The notes under the pieces were generated by a model that worked only from the letters and a program-made list of their open reading frames with translations, was not told the DNA's origin and did no database searches. Shown piece by piece: positions 1 through 12,230 of a stretch of DNA of 64,000 bases. Position 1 is the first letter of the stretch. Every line of letters begins with the position of its first letter. Location: NCBI GenBank assembly GCA_965226885.1, contig CBDDEL010000016.1:256001-320000 (forward strand), written 5' to 3'. The stretch is from Opitutales bacterium (lineage in GTDB: Bacteria; Verrucomicrobiota; Verrucomicrobiia; Opitutales; UBA2987). The translations under genes were made by a program, and so were the position numbers.

Positions 1-2272
<2,272 letters not shown>

Positions 2273-2361
2273 ATCCATTAAAACTTCGCCGCTTGGCATC
2301 CCGGTTTAGAGGATGCCGAGTATCTGACGTTGATGGTATACCCGCTAATTTGCGTTTGAAC

Positions 2362-2373
2362 TTTCAAAGAACG
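2362..2373 (-). promoter_or_regulatory. boxA-like / processing-stem motif in the ITS upstream of 23S
   Basis: CGTTCTTTGAAA on the minus strand; near-identical to the motif upstream of 16S at 4631-4642. Confidence 0.45.
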
Positions 2374-2434
2374 TTTTCCCTGAATGGGAAAAAAGTTTCT
2401 TATTGCTGTTTCCTTTTCTGGTCCTGGACGGCAG

Positions 2435-2511
2435 TGGTGGGCCCAGGTGGACTCGAACCACCGACCCCCGCCTTATCAAGGCGATGCTCTAACCAACTGA
2501 GCTATGGGCCC
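2435..2511 (-). tRNA. tRNA-Ile(GAT)
   Basis: GGGCCCATAGCTCAGTTGGTTAGAGC...TTGATAA...GGTTCGAGTCCACCTGGGCCCACCA; 77-nt cloverleaf with encoded CCA. Confidence 0.97.
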
Positions 2512-2569
2512 CCGGCTTTGATCGGTAAATAGGTCCTTGCTGCGTGCATCTATTGCATCGCTTACGGAT

Positions 2570-2645
2570 TGGTGGAGCCGATCGGGCTCGAACCGACGAC
2601 ATCCTGCTTGCAAAGCAGGTGCTCTTCCAACTGAGCTACGGCCCC
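2570..2645 (-). tRNA. tRNA-Ala(TGC)
   Basis: GGGGCCGTAGCTCAGTTGGAAGAGC...TTTGCAA...GGTTCGAGCCCGATCGGCTCCACCA; 76 nt with encoded CCA. Confidence 0.97.
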
Positions 2646-2942
2646 GGTAAAAGGTTGCGGTTGGAATATCGATCCGGATTCCAGCCCGATAATATCCTGA
2701 AAGGAAACTTGAATGCAAAGAACGGCCTGGCCGGTTGGCTGCCTTGGGGGCGGCTTCCCCGGCGAGGGGGTGGTGTTCTTAAAATCTACTTTGTGCGATT
2801 GGTAAGGCTTCACATCGGTTCATATTCCGCGGCTGAATTGCTTTGGAATACGTTCGACCTGGTTCAACTCCGGCTGGGTTCAGGGGCTGGTCGGGTAAAA
2901 TTATTTTTACCCAATCAATCTCTGTCCATACTGGAGCGAACG

Positions 2943-4513
<1,571 letters not shown>

Positions 4514-4630
4514 ACAAATTTCGGAATTTTTTTCGAATCCTGGGGATTCGAACATTCCAGGCAAACCCATAAGGGCTTGCCTCTCAAAAGGTTATTTTTG
4601 ACGATTGGCCTTCCAATCGCACAAAGTAAA

Positions 4631-4642
4631 TTTCAAAGAACA
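4631..4642 (-). promoter_or_regulatory. boxA-like motif in the rrn leader
   Basis: TGTTCTTTGAAA about 120 nt upstream of 16S; repeated in the ITS. Confidence 0.45.
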
Positions 4643-4805
4643 CGTTTAGGGAAAAGACTATAGACTAAGCATCTATTTCGGCATCACGTCAAGTGATTTT
4701 ACCAAAAAATCCTCAATCCATACACTTTCCTTTAAAAAAGAACGCCCCGCAATTTCCTCCTTTGAGAATGTCTCCCAGCAAAGGAATTTCCGGGGAAGGT
4801 TGCGG

Positions 4806-4856
4806 AAAATGAGCAATACCTCCGTTGCGCGCAAGTCTTTTTTTACTTTTTTCTCA
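4806..4856 (-). promoter_or_regulatory. candidate sigma70-type rrn promoter with A-rich UP element
   Basis: TTGCGC-17 nt-CATTTT preceded by A-tracts; the -10 element is weak. Confidence 0.3.
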
Positions 4857-4990
4857 AGTTTCTTTTTGGGGACGCTCTTAGTGTCATCCGATGCTCGACG
4901 AATCGGTAAAAAAAGTAGCGTATCGCGGTATTCAAATTGCCATGCCGATGGCTTCGCCAGGCCCTCAAGCGCATCGTCATCGTTAAAATT

Positions 4991-5479
4991 TCATTCTTGA
5001 ATCCCAGGCGGCAGGTTTTTCAGGAAATCTTCCTTCCACCTATAATCGTTGAGAATGGCGGGGTCATCGTCTCCCAGTATTTTTTTGGCCACATACAAGG
5101 CCTCAACCGAAGCCAACCCTCCCTCCGGGTTGGTAAAAATTTTGCTCACCCGCGGATAGGCCGTCTCAAACCCTGCTGGAAGGCTCCGGCGCAATGGCTT
5201 GCCCACCAGAGAAGCCTCCAATTGCGGCAGCCGACGCCAGGTGCTGTCGAGCAAAAGAAGCGGCCGGCCGGCATCGGCAGGACTCAGGGGAGGAGCGTCC
5301 AAGGCCAATAAGATATGCCCTTTGGCATCGAATTTGAAACCCTTTTTAGCCCCATAAAAAGTCAGATCGGCTCTCTCCCGCAGCGGCTCCAGAGTGCATT
5401 TGGACAACCGCTCCTTGGGGTGGCGAATGACGATGACAGGAATCTTGACCACAAATCGGGACGTTGGGAGATTGTTCAA
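4991..5479 (-). CDS. Tsr3/DTW-like (TDD superfamily) putative aminocarboxypropyltransferase; start may be GTG at 5452
   Basis: Motifs [32 protein letters not shown]...FL.N occur in the same order as Tsr3/DTW motifs. Confidence 0.7.
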   Translation of the reverse strand: MNNLPTSRFVVKIPVIVIRHPKERLSKCTLEPLRERADLTFYGAKKGFKFDAKGHILLALDAPPLSPADAGRPLLLLDSTWRRLPQLEASLVGKPLRRSLPAGFETAYPRVSKIFTNPEGGLASVEALYVAKKILGDDDPAILNDYRWKEDFLKNLPPGIQE

Positions 5480-5676
5480 GATTCAGATTGAGGCAAAATT
5501 ACCTGGAAACCCAATTCGTTTGCCGCCTCAGCCTGAATGGCATCGTTTGTCAGTAAACGCCGAACCTGCAAATCCTCCATTGCGGCCAGATGCAGACGAT
5601 CCAGCGTGCGACAAAAACCCGATGTCGAGCCAATAAACAGTTTCAGAAAACAACTGGTATCCAAAAACAATGGCAT
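5476..5676 (-). pseudogene. vapC: VapC/PIN-domain toxin with internal in-frame deletion (66 aa)
   Basis: N-terminal LFLDTS.FLK is joined almost directly to C-terminal RTLD.LHLAA...LLTND...AA...GF; about half the length of a PIN domain; follows an antitoxin. Confidence 0.75.
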
Positions 5677-5682
5677 GTTTGG

Positions 5683-5958
5683 TTATTTGAACCGACGCGA
5701 ATACTCTTCATCGCGATCTCTATTGAGGGCCTCGTCAGGGCTGAAGTCTTTGAGTGGCTCGGGCCACATCTCTTTCAGCAATTTGCGATTTTCCTCGTCG
5801 TCAAATTGTCTCCTGGGTTTGATGGTTTCATCTGTGACCAAGACCAGCTTGGCCACCGGCTTGGAGTTTCGAGTAATCAATAACTCCTTTTCCTGCCGCA
5901 AGCGCTTTTCCGTCTCGGGCCAGTTTTGGCGCAATGTCCTAATGTTTACAATTTTCAT
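5683..5958 (-). CDS. Phd/YefM-family antitoxin (91 aa)
   Basis: MKIVNIRTLRQNW...LLITRNSKPVAKLV is a typical Phd N-terminal fold signature; lies upstream of the PIN gene. Confidence 0.8.
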   Translation of the reverse strand: MKIVNIRTLRQNWPETEKRLRQEKELLITRNSKPVAKLVLVTDETIKPRRQFDDEENRKLLKEMWPEPLKDFSPDEALNRDRDEEYSRRFK

Positions 5959-5966
5959 ATCTTTAT

Positions 5967-5982
5967 GTGAAACATGTTTCAC
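5967..5982. promoter_or_regulatory. perfect 16-bp palindrome, probable TA autorepression operator
   Basis: GTGAAACATGTTTCAC, 8 nt upstream of the antitoxin ATG. Confidence 0.6.
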
Positions 5983-6445
5983 GGCGAGATCAAGCATTGC
6001 CCGTTGCAAAGCTGGCGTCACTTTACGTGAGATAGAACCTATCTCAAATTCGCAGCCAGGAATCCTGTCATCTTGCGGAACTCGCTTAGTGATCGGGAAA
6101 CTCCATCTTCAATAATGCCGAACAGGTTTTCATAAGAATTGTAGCAGATGTGAGCGCCTCATTGAGGTCGGTTTTCGTTCGCTCCATAGATTTGCTTGCA
6201 TCTTTTACGTATTGCATGGGAATTGCCTTCAGTTATTTGCTTTGTCAGCTTCGATTCGTATATCCTGGTTTACACACACCCAGTTTACCTTAATATTCTG
6301 TAAAAAGACAAGGAGACAAGGCGCTCGGATCGTTTTCCCTGTTTGTTATCTTTCTCCGGTCCGGTGGTAATTGAAAGCTTTTGACCGGGAGAAAGCCTCC
6401 TGTTAAACAACAGGCTGTTTTCAAATCCATTTCGTAAGCAGCACC

Positions 6446-7717
6446 ATGAAAAAACTACCCCAGGGCGCTTTGAGCTGGGCCCTTTACGACACCGCCAATT
6501 CAGCCTTTGCCCTGACCATACTGGCCGGGATTTTCCCCATCTTTTACCCCGCCTTCTGGGCCAAGGGTATGTCCGCCCCCGACCAGACCTTTTGGTACGG
6601 GCTTACCGTGACCACTGCCAGCCTGGTGGTGGCCGTGCTGGCGCCCTTCCTCGGGGCCATTGCCGACCAGGGCGGGCGGCGCAAACGGTTTCTGCTCTTT
6701 TTTGCCATTATGGGGGCTGTTTCCACGGCCCTGATGGTTCTTCCCGGCGAAGGCCAATGGAAATGGGCCAGCCTGGCCTTCATTTTCGGGGCCATCGGCT
6801 TTTATGGCGGCAACCTCTTTTACGACTCGCTCCTGGTTGAAGTGAGCGACCGAGAAAACGCCCATTGGGTCTCCAGCATGGGTTTCTCTCTCGGTTACCT
6901 CGGCAGCGTATTGTTGTTTATGGTCAATATCATCCTCATACAAAAAGCCGAAGCCCTGGGACCGGAAAAACACATCGCAGCCACCCGCCTGGCTTTTCTC
7001 TGCACGGCCGTCTGGTGGATGCTCTTTACCATCCCCCTTCTTCTCAAAGTAAAGGAGCCGAAAAAGGACCGCCCGCCGCCCTTCCGTCAAGCGATCGGCG
7101 CCAGCTTCCGGGAACTGTCCCGGACTTTGCGGGAAATTGCCAAAATGCGCGGGGTGCTCTGGTTCCTCATTGCCTACTGGTTCTACATCGATGGGGTCAA
7201 CACCATCATCACCATGGCCGTCAACTACGGCAAAACCATCGGCTTCGAGATCGGAGACCTCCTCAAGACCCTCATCCTGGTGCAGGTGGTGGGTGTGCCC
7301 TTCGCCCTCCTCTTCGGCTGGCTGGGACAGAAATTTGGGCCCACCAAACTGCTCCAAACCGGCATCCTCATCTATTTGGGGGTAACCGTCTACGCTTCTA
7401 TCCTGGACCTCGAACCGGCCAACCTATTCGGTTTTAAAATCAGTAAAATCTACATCCTTGGCTTCCTCATCGGCTCGGTCCAAGGCGGACTGCAAGCCCT
7501 CAGCCGCTCCTATTTTGTCTCCATGATCCCCAGGGAACGGGCGTCCGAATTTTTCGGCTTCTACAACATGATAGGCAAATCCGCCGCCCTCCTCGGCCCC
7601 ATCGTCATGGGAACGGTAGCTAAACTAAGCGGAGAACCCCGCTACGGCATCCTAGCCGTCTCCACCCTCTTCCTCCTCGGATCGGTCTGCCTGCTAAAGG
7701 CGAAAACAAACCCTTGA
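6446..7717 (+). CDS. MFS transporter, UMF1/ATG22-like family
   Basis: About 12 hydrophobic segments; SWALYD.ANSAF, LGAIAD..G.RK, QALSRS, EFFGFYNM.GK motifs. Confidence 0.85.
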   Translation: MKKLPQGALSWALYDTANSAFALTILAGIFPIFYPAFWAKGMSAPDQTFWYGLTVTTASLVVAVLAPFLGAIADQGGRRKRFLLFFAIMGAVSTALMVLPGEGQWKWASLAFIFGAIGFYGGNLFYDSLLVEVSDRENAHWVSSMGFSLGYLGSVLLFMVNIILIQKAEALGPEKHIAATRLAFLCTAVWWMLFTIPLLLKVKEPKKDRPPPFRQAIGASFRELSRTLREIAKMRGVLWFLIAYWFYIDGVNTIITMAVNYGKTIGFEIGDLLKTLILVQVVGVPFALLFGWLGQKFGPTKLLQTGILIYLGVTVYASILDLEPANLFGFKISKIYILGFLIGSVQGGLQALSRSYFVSMIPRERASEFFGFYNMIGKSAALLGPIVMGTVAKLSGEPRYGILAVSTLFLLGSVCLLKAKTNP

Positions 7718-7757
7718 AATTGCCAGACGAAGATTTTTCGGAAATGGGGCAAAATTA

Positions 7758-9062
7758 CTAATTCTGCATGGCGTCGTGGAATAGTTGGGCGAGGTTTTCT
7801 TCCGTTACCTCACGGGGGGCGATTGTGAGGAGCCTTTTTTGGGCGATGGCGCCTTTAACCAGGGCCGGGATGTCGCCTTCGTCGTAGCCGACTGCTTTGA
7901 GCCCGTTGGGAAGGTGGGTCTCCTGCATTATCCGGATCATGGCGTTGGCCAGGATTTGACCCGCCTCCTCGGGCGCGGCGTCCCGAATGTCCACCCCCAG
8001 CGCCGCCGCCGCTTGTAGGTGCCGTTGGGGCGCAGCCGGCGCCGTAAATCGAAAAACGGCCGGGGTGTTCATGACGACCGAAATCCCGTGCGGTATGAGG
8101 GCATTTTCCGATTCGTAACCGGCCGCCCGGTAGGTGTGTTTAAGACCGGAAACGGAAGTCGCCATGGCATGGGGAATATGCACTCCGGCATTGCCGAATG
8201 CCTGCCCGGCCAGAGTGGCCGCACACATCAGCTCATGCCGCGCCTGGTGGTCCTGCGGGTCGTTGACTGCCGGGACCAGGTTTTGCCCCCCGATGCGGAT
8301 GGCGGCCAGGCTGCCGATATCGGCATAAGGATTGGCCCCCTGGTAGGGCGGACGCTTTTGCGGGCTTTCCGGCCGGGGACGGCTGCTGAATGGCCGCGCC
8401 GTGTAGGACTCGATGGCATGGCTGAGAACGTCGCAACCGGTGGCCGCGACAACCCCCGCCGGCATACTGTGAGTGGTTGTGGGGTCGACCAGGGCAAGCG
8501 TGGGCCGCAACAACGGGGAGGCCACGCCCGCTTTTACCTGCCGCTCCTCAAGGTCGAAAATGGAAACCACACTGGTTTCGCTGCCCGTCCCGGAAGTCGT
8601 GGGACAAGCGATATGGGGCATGACCGGGCCCGGAATCGGTTTCCCTCCGCCCAGCGGAGCGTAAATATAAGCCATTAAATCATCCGGGTAGGAAGCCAGC
8701 AAATTGGCCGCCTTGGCCGTATCTATGGTCGAACCGCCGCCCAATGAGATAAATCCGTCAAACTTCCCCTCCTTGGCGAATTCTCCGGCCAAAATAATCG
8801 AACGATCCGTCGGCTCGATCCGGGTTTCGGTAAAAAATTCAAAATCCACCCCCGCCTTGCGTAAAGACTCCTGCGCGACAGCCGCAGGCTCCGTTTTCAA
8901 CACATTCTTATCGACGAAAAAAGCCACCCTCTTCATACCCAGCCGGGCGGCATCCAGGCCCAACTCGGCCAGCGCCCCGGCCCCGAATTTGAGCGATTGG
9001 GCATTGATGGTATAAGCATTTTCGCGCCCATCCCGCATTTCATAATAAAGATGCTCCTCCAT
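7758..9062 (-). CDS. hydroxyacid-oxoacid transhydrogenase (iron-containing ADH family)
   Basis: GGGSTIDTAK, PTTSGTGSE, D.LSHAIESYT, RPPYQGANP (HOT-like), GVHIPHAM, PHG. Confidence 0.85.
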   Translation of the reverse strand: MEEHLYYEMRDGRENAYTINAQSLKFGAGALAELGLDAARLGMKRVAFFVDKNVLKTEPAAVAQESLRKAGVDFEFFTETRIEPTDRSIILAGEFAKEGKFDGFISLGGGSTIDTAKAANLLASYPDDLMAYIYAPLGGGKPIPGPVMPHIACPTTSGTGSETSVVSIFDLEERQVKAGVASPLLRPTLALVDPTTTHSMPAGVVAATGCDVLSHAIESYTARPFSSRPRPESPQKRPPYQGANPYADIGSLAAIRIGGQNLVPAVNDPQDHQARHELMCAATLAGQAFGNAGVHIPHAMATSVSGLKHTYRAAGYESENALIPHGISVVMNTPAVFRFTAPAAPQRHLQAAAALGVDIRDAAPEEAGQILANAMIRIMQETHLPNGLKAVGYDEGDIPALVKGAIAQKRLLTIAPREVTEENLAQLFHDAMQN

Positions 9063-9125
9063 TATGCCTGCCCGTTAATTATTTTTTTATCGAAACTCCC
9101 ATTTTCGGAAAAATTGGCGCTCTTT

Positions 9126-9617
9126 TCAAAAGGAAACCTCGACCGGCACCGTTACCTTGAGCACTGAGATGTGGCCCGACTTCTCTTTCCAGATTTCCCG
9201 GATTTCATCCAGGTTGCGAAATTTCTGCGGGGTCGCCTCATGGATCAGAATGATGACTTTGGAAGACCGGCGGCGCGGTGGCTGGCCCTCTTTGACCCGC
9301 CATTGTCCGGTGGCGTCGATGAGCGTCAAACCCTCCGGAAACCGGGGCGTCACCACATTGTCCAGGTAATCGTTCCACACGGTCTCGTAATCGCCCCTCT
9401 CTTTTCTCAAACCGCCGCCGAAATACAATTCCGTGCGAACCCAAGGGACCAGCTCCACGGTGGCGGTGGCCTTTGCCGAAACTGCCTGCGACTGCGCAGT
9501 GGCCGTGGCCTCGCCATAGCCCCGGCCCCCATTCATGAGGACAATCAATAAACCGGAAATAACAACCGAACCGGCCATAAGCCGGAATACTCTAAAACCG
9601 CCAATAGAAATCTTCAT
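9126..9617 (-). CDS. DUF3574-family exported protein
   Basis: RTELYFG...W..YLD.VVTPRFPEGLT..DA.GQW; hydrophobic N-terminus; start uncertain. Confidence 0.75.
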   Translation of the reverse strand: MKISIGGFRVFRLMAGSVVISGLLIVLMNGGRGYGEATATAQSQAVSAKATATVELVPWVRTELYFGGGLRKERGDYETVWNDYLDNVVTPRFPEGLTLIDATGQWRVKEGQPPRRRSSKVIILIHEATPQKFRNLDEIREIWKEKSGHISVLKVTVPVEVSF

Positions 9618-9757
9618 AAACCGATTACTACTGAGGCCATTAAACAGTGTCAAATTCTCAAGTGCCTCTTTGCCGTCACTTAAATAACCTTAGAACAGGC
9701 GGGAGGGCGATTGATAGGCCGCGTAAAGCTTGCCAGCCGGAGAGATTGGTCAGTGGC

Positions 9758-9874
9758 CTATGCGGTACCTTGATCGCGAATAGAATACACAGCGATGACA
9801 GGCAGGATACCGAAAAACATCAAGAGAGCCGCGGAGGGCTCCGGTATATGGGGGAGAAAACCCTGCCCGAAACC
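9758..9874 (-). pseudogene. orphan PEP-CTERM sorting-signal remnant
   Basis: Stop-to-stop frame with no upstream start codon reads GFGQGFLPHIPEPSAALLMFFGILPVIAVYSIRDQGTA*; absent from the ORF track. Confidence 0.55.
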
Positions 9875-10475
9875 TCAGCAATCAAACACTTTGACCTAAC
9901 AACTGCTGCCTTTTTACCTGGAAGACAGCGGCAATTGCCAAAGTCAGGATCAACAGGATAATTCCCCATTCCGTGAGTGTCGGAATGATAACCAACTCCG
10001 TAAGCTCGCCTGGGCCAAAAATAACACCAAAATCCCTTTCGCTACCCATTTTCATTCCCAAGTTAACAGGCCTAACTTCCGCAAACGGTGTACTGAACAT
10101 AAAAATATTATATTATAATCACCGGGATTCGTAAGGAGGTCAACTTGGTTGTTAATTTCAAGGGTCTTTCCGTTCACCTTAACCGGACCACCGCCATCTC
10201 TAAACTTGATATCTGAATAATCTGATGTTACATCGTCACCACTTGCATCCAGTATCAATACACTGTTTAAAACACTATCAGAATCAAATGCATCATCAGG
10301 TAATCCAAAAGCAATATGGCTGAAATTGTCATCCGGATCCTGAATAACTGTTACCTTATAGGTCCACCTCGCCCAAATGTCAAAACCGTCATCTCCTATA
10401 CGGGAAGTATCTAAAGATCTACTTTCAAAGGAAACGTCCCAAAATTCATCAATAAGTTGGGCTTCAGCAGATTTC

Positions 10476-11271
10476 GGTAGTGTTAACATTTTGAATGTTT
10501 AAGCTGTACTTTTTAGCGTGATTATGTTGTGAACTGGGAATGGTCCATATCACAGTAAAATGTCCTCAATGCGGAAGCGATCACATCATCAAGCACGGCA
10601 AGGATCCGAAAGGGGTTCAGAAGTATCGATGCAAGGGGTGTGGTTATCAGTTTCGGCTTCACCCCAAAAGTCGTGAGCATCCTCCGGCGCTGGTCAAGCA
10701 GGTGCTCCGTGCGCACCAAAACCGGATGAGCCTGCGTGCCATTTACCGTACCTTCGGGGTAGCCCCAAAGGCGGTCATCGAATGGATTAAAAAAAAGTCC
10801 TGAGTTTGCCGAAGCTGGAGTCCACTCTGCTTGCCCGCCAGTGTAGTGATGTGCTGGAACTGGACGAGGTGTGGTCATTCTGGGGCGATAAGCGTTCGGG
10901 GCAGGTATGGCTATGGGTAGCCTTGTGTCGACGTACCCGACAGGTCGTCGGGTTCTCTCTGGGTGATCGTAGCGATCAAACGTGCTGGCAGTTGTATCAC
11001 AACATCGCCCAGCCCTATCGCGACTGTGCCACCGTAAGCGATTACTGGGAAAGCTACGACAAGGTTTTCCCTCACAACAGCGCCAGCGGGAAACAATCCG
11101 GCCAAACCGCCCATATCAAACGCTGGAACAATACCTTGCGACAGTCCCTGTCACGCTATGTGCGTAAAACGCTGTCATTCTCGAAGTCTTTGGTCATGCA
11201 TTTTCGCGTCCTGTGCTTGTTCATCTGGGAATACAACAGCAATATCAAACATTCGTCATGTTAACACTACC
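10476..11271 (+). mobile_element. IS1-family element, type A (796 bp)
   Basis: Terminal IRs GGTAGTGTTAACAT...; insA/insB frames with an A8G -1 slippery site; degenerate 8-bp TSD CAGATTTC/CCAATTTC. Confidence 0.9.
10540..11264 (+). CDS. IS1 transposase InsA (10540-10803) / InsB (to 11264), -1 programmed frameshift
   Basis: CPQC...C.GC zinc finger plus HTH; ELDEVWSF, SDYW, RWNNTLRQ. Confidence 0.85.
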
Positions 11272-11619
11272 CCAATTTCGTCACTCCTAAAGTCAACAAT
11301 AGCCCCACGGCAAACGCCATTACAGTAATTTTTTTCATTCTTTACTTCCCGTTAATGTTATAATTTTTGCCAAAAATATTTAATCAGATTTTTGATATTC
11401 TACAATTACTACAAAAAGTTTCGTCAAAAGTTTTACCTCACCCTGTTATCAAAGATAAATTGTTCTATTCGGGATTTCCCATATAATGGTTATGGATCGT
11501 TGAAATGTTCGACCACTGGGGCTTTTGAGCGCATTTTTCTTCTTTCAAAATGCTTTGTCAATCGTTTTTTCCCGGAATCTACCGTTTGTAAAAGCGGTAA
11601 TTGTCTATCGCTGAAAATT

Positions 11620-12207
11620 TCAGTTTTCTTCGGCACCGGCGGCATCGTCCTCGGAATCCTCCGCATCGGATGGTTCCTGGAGAAGCTCGTCATCAAGACC
11701 GAGGGCTTCTCTAACCAGAGGGAATAAATCGTCGCTTTCCGGTGCTACCAGGAGGCCGCCAGCCCCGCTGTCAAAAACGTAAGAGTATCCCTCGCGGGTG
11801 GCCACTTCGCGAATGGCCGCCTGGACGCTTTGGGCAATGGGCTGCATGGCCTCGGCCTCTTTTTTCTGAACGGCCTCCTGGGCAGTGCGCTGAAATGCCC
11901 GTATGCGGTTTTCAATCTGCCGAATCTCTTCCGCTTTAGCATCCCGAATCTCATCAAGCCAATCTGCTTCCTTGGCCTGATACTCCTCCACTTTGGTTTG
12001 CCGCTCCTGGCCCATCTCGGTCAGCTGCTGTTCGAGGGTCTTGGCATATTCCTCCAGAATCTTTAAGGCCGCTTTCCTTTGCGGCATGCTAAAAATCACC
12101 TGATTGGCATTGATGTGCCCGAATTTCTGCACGGTTTGTCCTTGGGAATTTGCCGCAAAACTCAAGAGACAAACCAGGCCCAGAATGTAAATGGTTATTT
12201 TTTTCAT
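11620..12207 (-). CDS. skp: OmpH/Skp periplasmic chaperone
   Basis: Signal peptide, KFGHIN, long coiled coil, AI..VA..EGYSYVFD. Confidence 0.85.
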   Translation of the reverse strand: MKKITIYILGLVCLLSFAANSQGQTVQKFGHINANQVIFSMPQRKAALKILEEYAKTLEQQLTEMGQERQTKVEEYQAKEADWLDEIRDAKAEEIRQIENRIRAFQRTAQEAVQKKEAEAMQPIAQSVQAAIREVATREGYSYVFDSGAGGLLVAPESDDLFPLVREALGLDDELLQEPSDAEDSEDDAAGAEEN

Positions 12208-12230
12208 AATTATTGTTCCTAAACTCATTA

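Larger units (their letters stand above)
9882..11338 (-). pseudogene. IPTL-CTERM surface protein (about 217 aa reconstructed), split by IS1 and a 1-nt frameshift
   Basis: Signal peptide MKKITVMAFAVGLLLTLGVTK|SAEAQ rejoins in frame once the IS is removed; C-terminus IPTLTEWGIILLILTLAIAAVFQVKR; frameshift at the A5 run 10101-10105. Confidence 0.75.

Noticed and set aside
2828..2882. GGTTCAACTCC T-loop-like motif in the ITS
   Set aside because: No cloverleaf can be built, and it is antisense to the operon.
6028..6420. Hairpins in the TA-MFS intergenic region as an ncRNA or MITE
   Set aside because: Stems are short, with no convincing terminal IR/TSD pair, second copy or known family motif.
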